A stretch of 33,977 nt of DNA. Source: Vicugna vicugna. Taxonomy: Eukaryota. A model generated the notes under the pieces. The model was not told the origin of the DNA. It did not search any database and saw only the letters and a list, made by a program, of their open reading frames with translations. A program made the translations under genes and the position numbers. The stretch spans positions 1-33,977 of the forward strand of contig MU058218.1 of the NCBI GenBank assembly GCA_013265495.1, written 5' to 3'. Shown piece after piece: positions 21,722 through 33,977 of this stretch; position 1 is the stretch's first letter; the number at the start of each line of letters is the position of its first letter.

Positions 21722-23085
21722 GAAACTTACTTCAAAGCCATAGAAACAGTGTGGTAAGGCTAATAAGTTTAAGCATACAGAGAATTGAGAGTCCAGAAAT
21801 AAACCCTTAGGTTTATGGTCAATTGATTTTGACAAGGGAGCCAAGACACTTCAATGGTGAGAGAGTATTCTTTTCACCAAATATTGCTGGGACCACAAGT
21901 TATCCACATGCAGAAGAATAAATCTGGACCCTTACCTCACACCATACACAGAAATTAATTCAAAATGAATCAAAGATCTAAAATATAATTGATAAAACTG
22001 TGAAACTCTTAGAAGGGAGAAAACTCTGATGGCCTTAGATCAAGTGGTCATCTCCCAGCTATGACACCAAAAGCACACATGACAAAAAGAAAAATAGATA
22101 GACTGGACAGTCTAAAAATTAAAAAAAAAGTGTACTTCATTGGACACCAAAAAGAAAATGAAAAGACAAACCACATAATGCGAGAAAATTTTGCAATTCA
22201 TATTCTGAAGACAGTCTATTTAGAGTATATAAAGAACTCTTATAGCTCAACAGTATAAAGGTAAGTAATTCAATGGAAAAGTGAGCAAAAGGCCTGATTA
22301 CACATTTCCAAAAGAAAAAAAAATACACAGATGGCCAAAAAGCTCATGAAAAGTAGTCAGTATTATTAGTCATTAGGGAAACACAAATTAAAATCCTGAG
22401 ATAATCACTTTACTTCCCCTGGAATGGCTAGAATCAAAAAGGCAAACAATGGTAAGGATGTGGAGAAACTGGAACCCCATACATTGCTGGTCTGATTGTA
22501 AAATTTTGTGACCATTTTGGAAGACAGTTATTCAGTTCTTCAAAATGTTAAACCCAGAGTTAATATGCAAATCAGTAATTCCCCTCCTAGGCATGTAGTT
22601 AAGAAAGTTGAAAATCCTGCACATGAAAGTTCATAACAGTTTTCATAATAGTCAAAAATAGAAACCACCCAAAGGCCCATCAACTAATAAATGGATAAAT
22701 AAAATGTGGTCTACCCATACAAGTGGAGTATTTGTAAGCAATAAATTTAAGTGAAGTACTGATACAAACAGTATGGGTGAACCCGGGAAACATACTTGGT
22801 AGAAGAAGCTATTCACAAAAGGCCACAGAATGGATAATTCCACTTGTGTGAAATGTTAAGGACTGACAAATCTATTGAGGAAGGAAGTAGACTAGTGTTC
22901 TTCCCATGGCTGGTGGAAGGGGTAAATGGGCAGTGACTACTAACAGGTTTTCTCTTTGGAGTGATGACAATATTCTTAAATTAGATAGTGGTCAAAGTTG
23001 TTTGAATATGCTAAACTTACTGAAGTATACACTTCAAAAGGGTGAATATTTTTGTATTTGAATTATACCTCCATGTAGTCATTTC
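21722..23085 (+). mobile_element. Decayed L1M (ORF2 3' part and 3'UTR)
   Basis: Collinear L1 motifs: gagagtccagaaataaaccc, caattgattttgacaagggagccaag, cctcacaccatacacagaaattaattcaaaatg, atgacaccaaaagcac, gtggagaaactggaaccc, aatggataaataaaatgtggt, ttagatagtggt. Confidence 0.9.
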
Positions 23086-23299
23086 TTTTTAATTAGAACT
23101 CCAGAATTTTTTTCATTCATATACTACAGTATTTAAGAAACAAAGCCCCTCCTCCTGAAAAAAAAAGGAATAAAATAAAAGAAATTATCTAAAATGCAGT
23201 CACCTAGTCCACACCATCTCTGTCCACTCTCTGGTAGTGTCAGTGCATAGATAAATGAGTGGGCAGTGTGATGGAATTCCCAGGCTCACATTGGTCCCT

Positions 23300-23661
23300 G
23301 GTAGTGACAGTTGATGTCTACACATTTGCCATGGCTTAATGGTGGTTGGGGGATGTTTTCTCATCTGAAGTTGGTCTTTGCCTCATCTTGGTCTAACCAG
23401 GAGGATGAAGGTACCTATGACAGGTGCCGTATGCTGGCACAGGTGGGTCTGGACTCTTTGCTGTCATCACCAGGAGAAAAAAGTGGTCCAGAGAAACACA
23501 GGTCCCAGAAGACTCCTGCCACAGATCTGAACCCGGTCTCTGCCATGGGGTCACATCCTGTGGAGTCCAGGCAACCCCCATGCTCTTGGCTGAGAAATGG
23601 ATGATTCTTGTTATAAGCTGCTGGCAGCTTGAGGATGTTTGTTATGCAGCATTAACTGACA
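23300..23661 (+). mobile_element. Probable MaLR (MLT1-like) solo LTR
   Basis: 3' terminus ttgttataagctgctg...gtttgttatgcagcattaactgaca is typical of MLT1 LTR ends. The 5' boundary is uncertain. Confidence 0.55.
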
Positions 23662-23730
23662 GTGGTGACCAATACATATTATTTCCTTTAAGATATTTTA
23701 GTGAAACTCTCATATATACCTTCACTTGGA

Positions 23731-24100
23731 NNNNNNNNNNNNNNNNNNNNNNNNNNNNNNNNNNNNNNNNNNNNNNNNNNNNNNNNNNNNNNNNNNNNNN
23801 NNNNNNNNNNNNNNNNNNNNNNNNNNNNNNNNNNNNNNNNNNNNNNNNNNNNNNNNNNNNNNNNNNNNNNNNNNNNNNNNNNNNNNNNNNNNNNNNNNNN
23901 NNNNNNNNNNNNNNNNNNNNNNNNNNNNNNNNNNNNNNNNNNNNNNNNNNNNNNNNNNNNNNNNNNNNNNNNNNNNNNNNNNNNNNNNNNNNNNNNNNNN
24001 NNNNNNNNNNNNNNNNNNNNNNNNNNNNNNNNNNNNNNNNNNNNNNNNNNNNNNNNNNNNNNNNNNNNNNNNNNNNNNNNNNNNNNNNNNNNNNNNNNNN
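23731..24100. other. Assembly gap
   Basis: Run of N. Confidence 0.99.
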
Positions 24101-27100
24101 TTTCGGTTATTTTCCAGACTTCACTCTCTTCTCTCCTTCCTTCATCCCCCCCCTCCTTTTTGTTTTTATGGAGTTATTTGCATAATTTCCATGCCTTTAA
24201 ATTTTTTTCTGATCATTTACATAATGCATAGTTTATGGCCAGACTATTGTTTACTCTATGTGGGAAGGATGAATTCTCGATTCCAATATTAGTTTTCAAA
24301 AACTTATTTGCCAAATAGAACTACAGTTGGAGGATTAGACTTACATTCAATTTAATTTTCTGTTTCTTGTGGAGGCAGGAGGTCAAGAGGTCTTGGAGAA
24401 ATGTGTAACCTTTAGTGAGAGAATTCTGCTCATCCCTCTTACAAAATCTCTCTTGGTGGGATTCACTCTGGGGGAAGCATGCATGCATTCTTCAGGGAGT
24501 GGGGAAGGGAGATGGATTTCAGGTCTTATTCATGACTCAGTGTAAAGACCTTGAGGCTGTACTTTCATGTATGGGCATGGGTCCTCACCCTCCAATTTGC
24601 ATGTTTCATCTGACTCCCCAGAAATCATTCCCCCCCTCGCTTCATGCACAATAGAGAGAGGATAATGGCACCTTCTCTGACCGCTGCTCTTTAAAGTTAG
24701 CCATATCCGTGAGGATGCTTACACCTTAATTTCAGTACCATATCTGGAAAGAGAAGTTCGAATGGGGATTATCCTAAGCCTCACTAGAAGCTACTCTTCC
24801 TCTCCAAAACTGCCATTAATGTAGCATAAAGTACGTCTCTTTCATTGGATGCTATTAGCAAATGAGCCTTTTGTTGGAATTTTCTTTCTGAGGTTCCACT
24901 CCCCTTTGCTGTTATTATCCTGGTGTTAGAAAATATTTTAATACCATAAATTGTTATGATCCTAACAATAATTTAATTTTTTCTTACATACTTATTTTTG
25001 CAACTGAAATAAGCTATTCCCATTTTATACTTATAAACTAAATACTATGTGACCCTATAATAGTTTTTGAATTCTGCATTTATCTTTTGTTACACATTTA
25101 ACTATCAAAAGTATTACTACTGCTCAGTACCAGGTAGGTGTTGGATGTTTTGCCCATTTGTCAAGAAAACTGAGCTCTTACCCTAGTCTCATTTGTTACA
25201 AGGCTTTCCACAGAACTCAGGTAGACAAAAAATAATTTTCTAACCTAAATTTAAAATAATTCTGTACAAGTTTTTTTTGTCTCATGTTTAGGAAAAAACA
25301 AAACTATTATACATTTTGTAATGGTCTTAAATCCATTTAATATGTACATATCTTACAAAGGAGTACAAAATTTAATTCTTTTTAAAGAGCTTAGTATCAC
25401 TTCCTTAAGTGATACCTCCAATATAAGTCAAATTCATGACAACCCACTAAATGTGATTTGAGCTTCCTGTTAATCAAAAGAACTCCTAGGGGAAAAAACA
25501 ATCAGTTTTAATACAGTTATTTGAAAAGTACTTGCGGGATTTACTGATAGACAAGTAACTCCAATGACATCCCAGATGGAGAGAGAGAGGTATATAAAAT
25601 ATCTTTTGTATATTATAATCTGACACAACTAAAATGTTTATATATTCAATAATAGTAAGCAATAGATACATTTTGAGCATCAATCCCTCCAAAATCCAGA
25701 CAGTAAGGTATATTCCTAGTGTCCTATATTTAATACCTCCTAATGCAGATGCTAATTTGTTTAAAGAGAGTACGAATGGCCAGATTTCCAGCCTGGCAGT
25801 CTCCATTTCAGTGAGCATTCAGACATCAGCACCTGTAGGTTGTGTATCTCTGGAAAGAAGTCAATCACAAGGAAAGAAAGCAGTGCCTTGTTTCCATCCT
25901 AAAGCTGTGATCTGAATATGTGATTTGCCAGAATTTGAGCAGAAGTAGGAGGGAGCAAGCTGGAAGTGCTTCCTCCAACTCAGCTCATGGAAACCCTGGA
26001 GCTTAAGGGGCTACTGTCCTCAACCACCATGAGAAGAAACTGACCAGAAGCAAAAAGTATCAAATGAGGAGACTTACATTGACCAATCATATCCTAAATA
26101 TCTTTAGAAGTCTTCTAGAAGACATGACAATTCAACCAGTGAATTTTGATTACCATCATATGTTTTGATAACTTAATGTACAGGATTTGCTAAATCAAAA
26201 TCTTCCTGTATTGCATAGGCTTATGTGCTTTGAGAATACATTGTGTCATCACTGTGGAATAAAGGCATACCAATTGTTATCAAGACATACTTCTTGTTTC
26301 AGTCTTAAGTGGCATGGTAATCAATTAGAGTGATTTGTTTTTAAACAGATTTTTATCCAAAGACACTTAAATACTTTGCAATGATTACTTTTGTGTAAAG
26401 TTCCTCTTAAGTTTTGCAGCTGGAGATTGAGTCAGGAAGTGAGAGTGTGATGTGACTGAATAATTACTCGACGTCACACACAGACATGTAAAAATGCTTG
26501 AAGAAAATTACAAGGCTCTTATTTGGTTTCTCTTCATGAGAGAAGGCAACTATTTTACATCCACATGCATCTGCTTTTACAATTAGCCTATGAATAAACA
26601 CAATCTGTGTTCTTATGTCCATAAAGCAAGCTTCATTTTTCAGTCTTGAACTCTATCCAAGGTATTGCCCAGTGTCTGTTTAGGAACACCTAGACCGTGG
26701 GTGCCCAGCCCAATCCTGGAATCAAAACAAGTCACAAAGCCCTGTACCCTCCATCCCCAGGCTGCTGCTGTCTCTATCAGACATGATGAGATGTGTGAAG
26801 TCCTCAGTGAGCCCACTCATCACCCTGTGGTTACAGCTGATACAGTCTTGGCTCAAAGACACTTAGATGCTCTGATGAGGAACAGTTTGAAACTTCCAGC
26901 CCAGCTTCACTCCTCCTCAAGTTTCACAGGCAGCCTTCAGTCATCCCACAGGAGTAAATTCATCAATAACCTCAGCCTAAGGTCTCATACCCAATAATTG
27001 TTCAATGAATTTTGAATAAGTGAACTTAGAAGTCAAAATTCAAATTACTTTCCTAAGACCTCTCATGGTTCCAGTTGGTCAATGAGATGATTTAATCAGT

Positions 27101-27762
27101 TTGATCACATGTAACCCACAGTTAAGTACCTAGATAGTGTCCTGATTCTATCATAGGTGCAAATTTCTGATATTTCTCAGAAACCTATCCACCCCCCCAA
27201 AAAACTACTAAGTTTCCTTTTTGTTTACTTAACAAGTTGACTATAAAATTGGTTCCTGGAGTGAAGATCTGTATGTTAATTTCTCCAGTTGATGAATGTG
27301 AAAGATCATTCAGTTAAAACTGTCTTTGAGGTCATCAAGTCTTCCATACAAGAGGCAGTTTTAACACAAAACCTGTTAGAAACTTCTACTTCTTTCCTTC
27401 ATATTTAGATCTGTGAGTAGTTTCAGCTAGATGATCTCTGAGATTTCTCCCAGCACTTATACTGACAACTACATTTGAAAACCTTCAACAGAGAGGGAAG
27501 ACCCTACTCACTGGGTCAGGATTCCTCTGGACACTTCAGAAAACATTTCCCTATAACTTCCACCCATCAGTTCAGATTTTACCTTTGTAACAATTAAAAA
27601 GATTCTCTTCTTCTTTTCTTCTTTCTAAGAGATCCCTGTACTTTTTGAAGCATCCTTGTCAATCTCCTGCTGCCTCCAGTTGCAAGCCATGTAACAGTGT
27701 CACCAGATCACTGGCCAGAGATCCCTTCCAGTACCTGTGAAAGGTATCTATTCAGATGTGTG

Positions 27763-27882
27763 TTTTTTTTAAATTTTTATCTGTTATTGTTTTCTATTAT
27801 TTTTAATGGAGGTACTTGGGTTTGAACCCAGGACCTTGTGCATGATAAGCATGTGCTCTACCACTGAGCTCTCCCCTTCCTC
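27763..27882 (-). mobile_element. tRNA-derived SINE (camelid-type)
   Basis: ttttaatggaggtacttgggtttgaacccaggaccttgtgcatgataagcatgtgctctaccactgagct. The sequence cagatgt occurs on both sides and may be a TSD remnant. Confidence 0.88.
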
Positions 27883-28289
27883 AAACCAGATGTACTTGCA
27901 GGTAGATCTAGAAACTATAAAGGTGAAGAATGAACAAATTCAACTTTTGTTACAACATATCCATGGAGAACGTCTCCCTGAAGATACACGTCCTCACCCT
28001 GCCTCTCAACAGGCTTTTTAGTTTCAGAATGTGTTGTTTACTGATGATGTGATACTGGAAAGTTACTGTTTTCCAGGATGCTTGCATCTGAGCATCACTT
28101 TATTATATCTTTTGGTAAAAAGAAGTATTTTGACATGCATCTGAAATTTCAGTGCCAACCAGTGGGAAAACAGGACTCAATTATAGAATCTTCTCAGAAA
28201 ATCAGCATAATTCTCAATTTCCATGAGTTCCTATTCCAAGAGACTACTACAAAAATCTGTTTATCTATTTTAAGGCTTAGACAAAAGAG

Positions 28290-28425
28290 CTCTTAGACTG
28301 AGGTCCATGAACGCACTTGAAATTCCCTGTGAACTTCAGGAGGTGGTACATGGACAGTTTGTAAACACGCATACACTTTTCCAACATTGTCAGAGGACTT
28401 GACTCACAAAAGCTTAGGGATCCGT
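28290..28425. mobile_element. Possible hAT/MER-type DNA transposon relic
   Basis: gaggtccatgaacgcacttgaaatt ... tgactcacaaaagcttagggatcc resembles old hAT-Charlie MITE sequence. Family not determined. Confidence 0.35.
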
Positions 28426-30799
28426 GATGTCACAGAGGAAGCTGGAAAACAATGCGGTGATGGTGTTTAAATTTCTTAGTTTCTGTGGAATGAGAATAAA
28501 CCTGACTCTCAGTTAAAGTGCGCCGTAGACCTGCTCTGTTGGAGGCGGCCACGCAGGGGAGGCAGGCAGTTTCACTCAGAGACCATCTCTTGGAACAGTA
28601 CTGCAGTTGTTAACTGGTATTTAGCACCAGTGAAAGCCCGTGGGAATCTGGCTCACAGCCGAACTACACTAAAAATTTAAAGTTTGAGGATGCTTCAGTG
28701 CAAGGTGAAGTTGCCTTCCAGGACTACAGGAAGATTCTCATGGATTAAGTTGCCAGATGCATGTCAGTGATAATTACTAGGAAAGAAAACAGAACCTTCT
28801 TTGGTGAAATTATGGGGGAGATGACAGGGCGTACAACAAAAGCTTAAGCACATTAACCTCTGGTCCATTCTGAGATCACCTCCAACATCGCGACCACCTA
28901 ATTTTCACATTACCCCTCCCAGCCTCCCAAACCTTAAGAAAGCAGCCCTCACCATGTGCTCAGAAGAAAACCATATGGCTCAGGCAACATAGTCCAGATT
29001 TAGAATAGGATAAAATAGGGAAAGGATTCTTGCCTGAGCGTGACCCCAGAGGGTTCTAACTTCCTAGTAAGTTGTGTCCCTGATACAGGATGTTTTACAA
29101 GTTAGAATTTCATTTCATATTTGTTTCAAAAAATGCACACACATCCTTCAAAACCAGTCCAACATAAAATGTACATGGGATATTTAACTTTTCAACATTT
29201 GAAGCATATGTGTCAACTCCAAGAAGGGTCTCCCTTGATAAAACCTACCTCTGAATGCAAATTTCAGAAGCTTTGATTACATTTTATGAAGGAAATATTT
29301 TTCCTCATCTTAACTTTTGGTATAATTATTTTCCATTACCTCTTATAAATTTGGTCTCATAATGTTAACAACTTCCCCCTCTATTTTTGCTTTTCATATT
29401 GTATGATGAACATTTTCCCCATGATATTAAAATTTCATCATTGAATTGAACAGTTTCATCATATTCCAATGCATGGATATACCATCACTTAGTTAGATCT
29501 TCTCCTTCAGTTAAAATTGCATTTATAACTTTTTGTTATTAAAAAATTTCAAAGGTGAGCACCTTTGAATCTACTGATGAATTGATTTCTACGGTAAATG
29601 TGATGGTGGTTGAATTATAAACCCACTGTGAACAAATTATAGCAAAACACATGAGCGTGGTTTCTTGGTAGTGACAATGGAGCAAATAAGGCAGGTAGTG
29701 TTTTTGGAGAGGACGTCATCTCTTGTTTTACTGATTTTTCTTCAGCCCAATCTCTGTTATTCATGGATAGAAACACCTTTTCCTACAGCTTAAATTGTGC
29801 CCACTATCAGGGCAATATCAAGGAAGCAATAAAATGAAGTTGCTTGATCTCTTTCGGGCATCCTTATTACACAAAGATTCCATCTACATTGGAAGTTAAT
29901 TTTTTTAAATAAATGTTTAATAATCCATATGTCTCTTGTATGCAGATTGTTAACCCCGGTACAAAATTTTCTCTTTTGTTTCTTAGAAAATGCTTTAATT
30001 TAAGTAGGGGACCAATTGCCAGGCTGGTTTTGCTCTCTGTTTAGCTTGATGGTTTTTATTATTAATTTAATGAAATCAAGTCGATTAAATTATCTGGTGA
30101 ATTGGATCACCTTTATCATGGAGTTGTTGTTAGATTCCTGCCATTAATACGGGAGCAAAACGACCTGCATTTTCCCTCAAGTTTATTGGAGATGCTGTCT
30201 TCCCCTTCTAAGCCATGGAAGGAATTTGTGTATTTGTGTAGCTCTTGGAGCAGCAGCTAGACCTAATCTGGCCCCTAATACCAAAGACACATGGCTTAAA
30301 CTTAAAAGGTCTATCGTAGCTTGACAGTGAAGAATTGTCAACCTCAAAGAGAATGAGGAGAAGAAGAGTTTCAACCACCATGAGAAACAGGCCCTGGCGT
30401 TAAAAACGTCCCCTCCAAAATCCTTGCACCTTTGCACTCTCAAGTTGTTGTGGTTTTAATGCCGAAGATAAAAAATAAAAAAACTACCTCAGTGTATTGC
30501 ACAAGCAGCCCTGAGGAAGAAAAGCAGCTTTATGACCATGTATGGTTATTAATGTTCCATTCATAAAACAGACCAGACCCCCTCCCACACACACAGACAC
30601 CCAGCCTGAACATATGTGTAATCATTTTGGAACTGCGTCTGAAACTTAATGGATACTGAATGAATATGTGTCCTTGACTGGTTGACTAAATGGAATAAAT
30701 ACATTAAAAATGTGAACATAACTGAGAATATCCTGACAGTTTACCCGGGGTAAATAAATGTAATGCTCTAAAACATGCACGTTAGAAAAAAAAAAAGCA

Positions 30800-30990
30800 G
30801 GGGTGGCGGGGGAGAGGCAAGAGGAAAGTTCTGGAGCTGATGGGTGTGTTTATCACTTTAATTGTGGCCATGGTTTCAAGGGTGCACGCACAGGTTCCAC
30901 CCCAGCAAAGTGTAGACGTTAAATATATGCTAGTTTTTTTGTATATCAATGACACCTCAGAAAAGCTGTTAACAAAATAAAAAAAGGAAA
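30800..30990 (+). mobile_element. L1M 3' end
   Basis: ttctggagctgatgggtgtgtttatcactttaattgtggccatggtttcaagggtg...tgtatatcaatgacacctcagaaaagctgtt followed by an A-tail. Confidence 0.75.
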
Positions 30991-31879
30991 AACCCAGAGT
31001 AATTATGTTTAATTCTCTAAAGCATCCACATTTAACGTTTCCTTGACAAAACCTTCCAGAATCTGTGTTTCATCTTAAGGAACTCAAGTGTGCCTTGGGT
31101 CACACACACAGATTAGACCAGGTGTGTAGAGTGCACTGTGCACCCAAGTTTGTCTCTTTGGCATCTTTTGTGTTGTTTTCTCCCACTGTATCTCATTCTT
31201 TCCTGTGTTATATTTACATGTTATCTGAAATCCTGCAAGCACAGTCTAAGACCTGAAAGAGAAGTGTTTCAAGTTTTGGACTCCTTTGATTTTTTTTTTC
31301 CCATTTCTCAGTGCAATACCATGGCGAGGGACACTTTCTAATTAGGAGAAACGGATACATTTTTTCCATTAGAGCACTTCATTATTAGACATGACCAGAG
31401 GGAGTGAAATTGAAAATATTGTATTTCTAGGAGAATTTCCTTTTCTCCTTTATACCTCAGTGAGTCACGGGATTGCTTCATTTCCCTTAAGAAAAGTTTG
31501 GAAGCAAGTAAGAGCCTCTGTGAAAGAGGTTTCAGCTCTAAAATCTGTGTTTCCCACAGGAAGCTACGTTCTGAATGCACTTTCATGCGGGATTGGTCCC
31601 CCTGTCTCACTGATGAAAAAATATCCCTTCCTAATTTATGATCTTAAGATACCCAACAGTGTAGCTGGATCTATGATTATAGCTTTCAAATATGTTCCGT
31701 TCTGGGCAGCTGTTAAGTAGCTTCATTCAAAATACCAGTTACTCTAAATATTCTCTAATTAAAGCATCAAGTTGTGATTAAATTCAGGATCACATCGTCT
31801 CAGTAACCCTGCTCAAGAGGGCTTGGGCGCTACCAGCGACACCTTCACCACTTAGACAATCTCTTTTCCAAACAACCAG

Positions 31880-32150
31880 GAGTCCTTATGTTTTGGAATG
31901 CAGACCGTTTCAGATATTTGGAAGGCAAAATAGTGGGACATATTCTGGATATTATTATCTGGGGCAACACCCCAGACTCCAGCACTTTAAAATTTAGCAG
32001 AACAGATGAAGATGTATGTAATAGATAAATAAATTCTACAAATAGCCTGATGTCCGCTCATCTTATGTGTTTCTCCCTATTAAGCTAAGTTCAAGTCAGA
32101 TTTTGTGGCCAAATGAATTTTAAAAGTCCTCTGGGTTTCAGAATTTTTTC
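31880..32150. mobile_element. Probable Tigger-type (MER46-like) DNA transposon relic
   Basis: atctggggcaacaccc, aaatagcctgatgtc and caagtcagattttgtggccaaatgaattt resemble the recalled MER46C consensus. Confidence 0.5.
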
Positions 32151-33977
32151 TTATTATAGCTTCTCTGCATACCTTTCTCTTGTTTTAAAAATCTTTTTCT
32201 CCCCCAACATCACCGTTTCTCCATTTCAGTAGATACAGTGACTCTTTTCTAATGTGAATACTTTATAATATTCTCTCTACATTCCTGAAATAAGGCAGAG
32301 ATAATAAATCTAACTACAGGAATTATATTTTTTAAAAAAATCAATGCAATGGTCAAACATATAAAGCAGAAATACAAGGAAATAAATGCATAATAAATTA
32401 ATATATGTAATAACATGTAAATGTTCAGACTCTAAGCCTGTATGAAATATAATGGAGTCTAATATTTGCTCCTATGGTTAGAATCACTGTGCTAGTGCCA
32501 GTTGCAAATGTAGACAGAAAGGGATGTTTTATGTTTATGGGCATATTGAGAGCGATGTTCCCAAATGGTTTCCAAAATGCTAAACGATTCTTGATAAAAC
32601 TCCTACAAAAACATATATACATTCATACAGACGTGGTTTATTGGCAGGTGGACCAACAGCTCTAAGGGTCAGAAGGAAGCAGAGTTGGACCGAGAAGGGG
32701 ACTCCAGTTCTGATATAGTCACAGTAAAAACCTCAAACAAACTTCCTGGGAGCCCTGACCCTGGGGTGCCCTTCCCAGCTGTCCTGAGTGAGGCCCAGAG
32801 GCTGAGCCTTTCCTGCCCTGTATCAGGAGTCTCAGTCCTGAGGGCTGCATCTGGGTTCCCCCACACAGCGCCCACCAATGCAGATGCAGACAGATACCCC
32901 ACCAGTTGTCCACCCAGACGGGGATGGACCCACACCTGCTGTTCACATGGCTCTCAGTTGCAGTCTGAAGGGAGGGAATGCAGACTGGATGGGTCTCTGG
33001 GACAATCCGTCTAAGTGAGGTCCCCTTGGATGGGGAATGAAAGAAATGCTGGCCAATAAAATTTGTGCGCGGTCTGATGGACATTCAGAAAATAGTTTAG
33101 GAAGTGTAAACTATCTTCACAATTTGCTTGAGGAGTCATGACCTGTACCCACAGAGTGAGCCATAACCGCAGCTCTGAGAACATAGGGGATGGAAGTAGG
33201 CGCTGGGTGCCATGTGCAAAGTTGGTTTCTACACCAGTCACATCTTAACAGCACACTGGTGTTAAATCCACAGCCGTCAAAGCATGTTTTACCCATCCCA
33301 ATAAAAACGATCTCTAATTTAAAATCTTGCCCTTTAAAACATACTAGGGCATGTGTTTGCCTCTATGAAAATGTAAAGCAAAATGTTTGTTTAAAATACG
33401 TTCTAATTCCCTGCACCATCACTTTGAGCAGTAAGTGCACATTCCTTCCAGCACAAAAGCCATGAACAAGACTCGTTGCATAAATATTTTGCTCTGTGGC
33501 ACCCACAGTAACAAATCACAGCTATAAAAACAACACTCAATCATGGTGCCAGAGTTTGGATTCTCTCTTAAACGTGGTAGGTGAGGCTTCAAGAATGTAA
33601 ACATGGAAGGATTACCTGAGTGGTGTCTGGGAAGGTATACCTAAGTCCTTGCCTTCTTCAGTTTCCTTACTCAGGAGGGAAAAAAGAGAAGCAAGGATAT
33701 GACCCACGTTCACGTGCACACCCAAGGGGGCCCCTGTGCACTGGGAGTGGCCCTGCCTCCCTCTGTTCTCAGTGCTCCCTGGGGCTGTGTGTCCATCCGG
33801 GTTCTTACCTGCAAACCACAGAATCCTTGTTGACCCCAGTAAGCAGAAAAGAATGGAAGGAATTGACCTCTTTTCCCCTCTTCTAGCTGGTGTTACCAGT
33901 TCTAAAAAATGTGTATTTGAGTTATTAACTATGGTACTTATTTTAATTATATTTGTGATATTAGAGCAACTGTTGAA

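Noticed and set aside
32669..33084. Cluster of 88-121 aa ORFs in a GC-richer patch
   Set aside because: No recognisable domain or consistent splice signals.

Overview
Mammalian genomic DNA with four N-gaps. Its tRNA-derived SINEs and L1 tails suggest a camelid (inference). The main feature is the 3' half of a PDGFC (platelet-derived growth factor C) gene on the + strand: exons 4, 5 and 6 with their introns, plus a recognisable 3'UTR and poly(A) signal. This copy is disabled. The exon-4 donor reads TT instead of GT, and exon 5 carries an in-frame TAG (Tyr->stop) at the start of the growth-factor domain plus a one-codon (Phe) deletion. It therefore looks like an unprocessed PDGFC pseudogene. 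Exon 5 is also extremely GC-enriched (65/72 codons end in G/C by hand count). About 4 kb upstream, at 5458-6165, is a cluster of five short exon-like segments whose lengths are all multiples of 3. They are not PDGFC and carry their own stops and a dead donor, suggesting a second, unidentified pseudogene and a mosaic or segmental-duplication origin for the locus. The rest is intronic or intergenic sequence with SINEs, L1 fragments (one with a twin-priming 5' inversion), L2/MIR, MaLR and DNA-transposon relics. Repeat family names come from recalled consensus similarity, not from a search.
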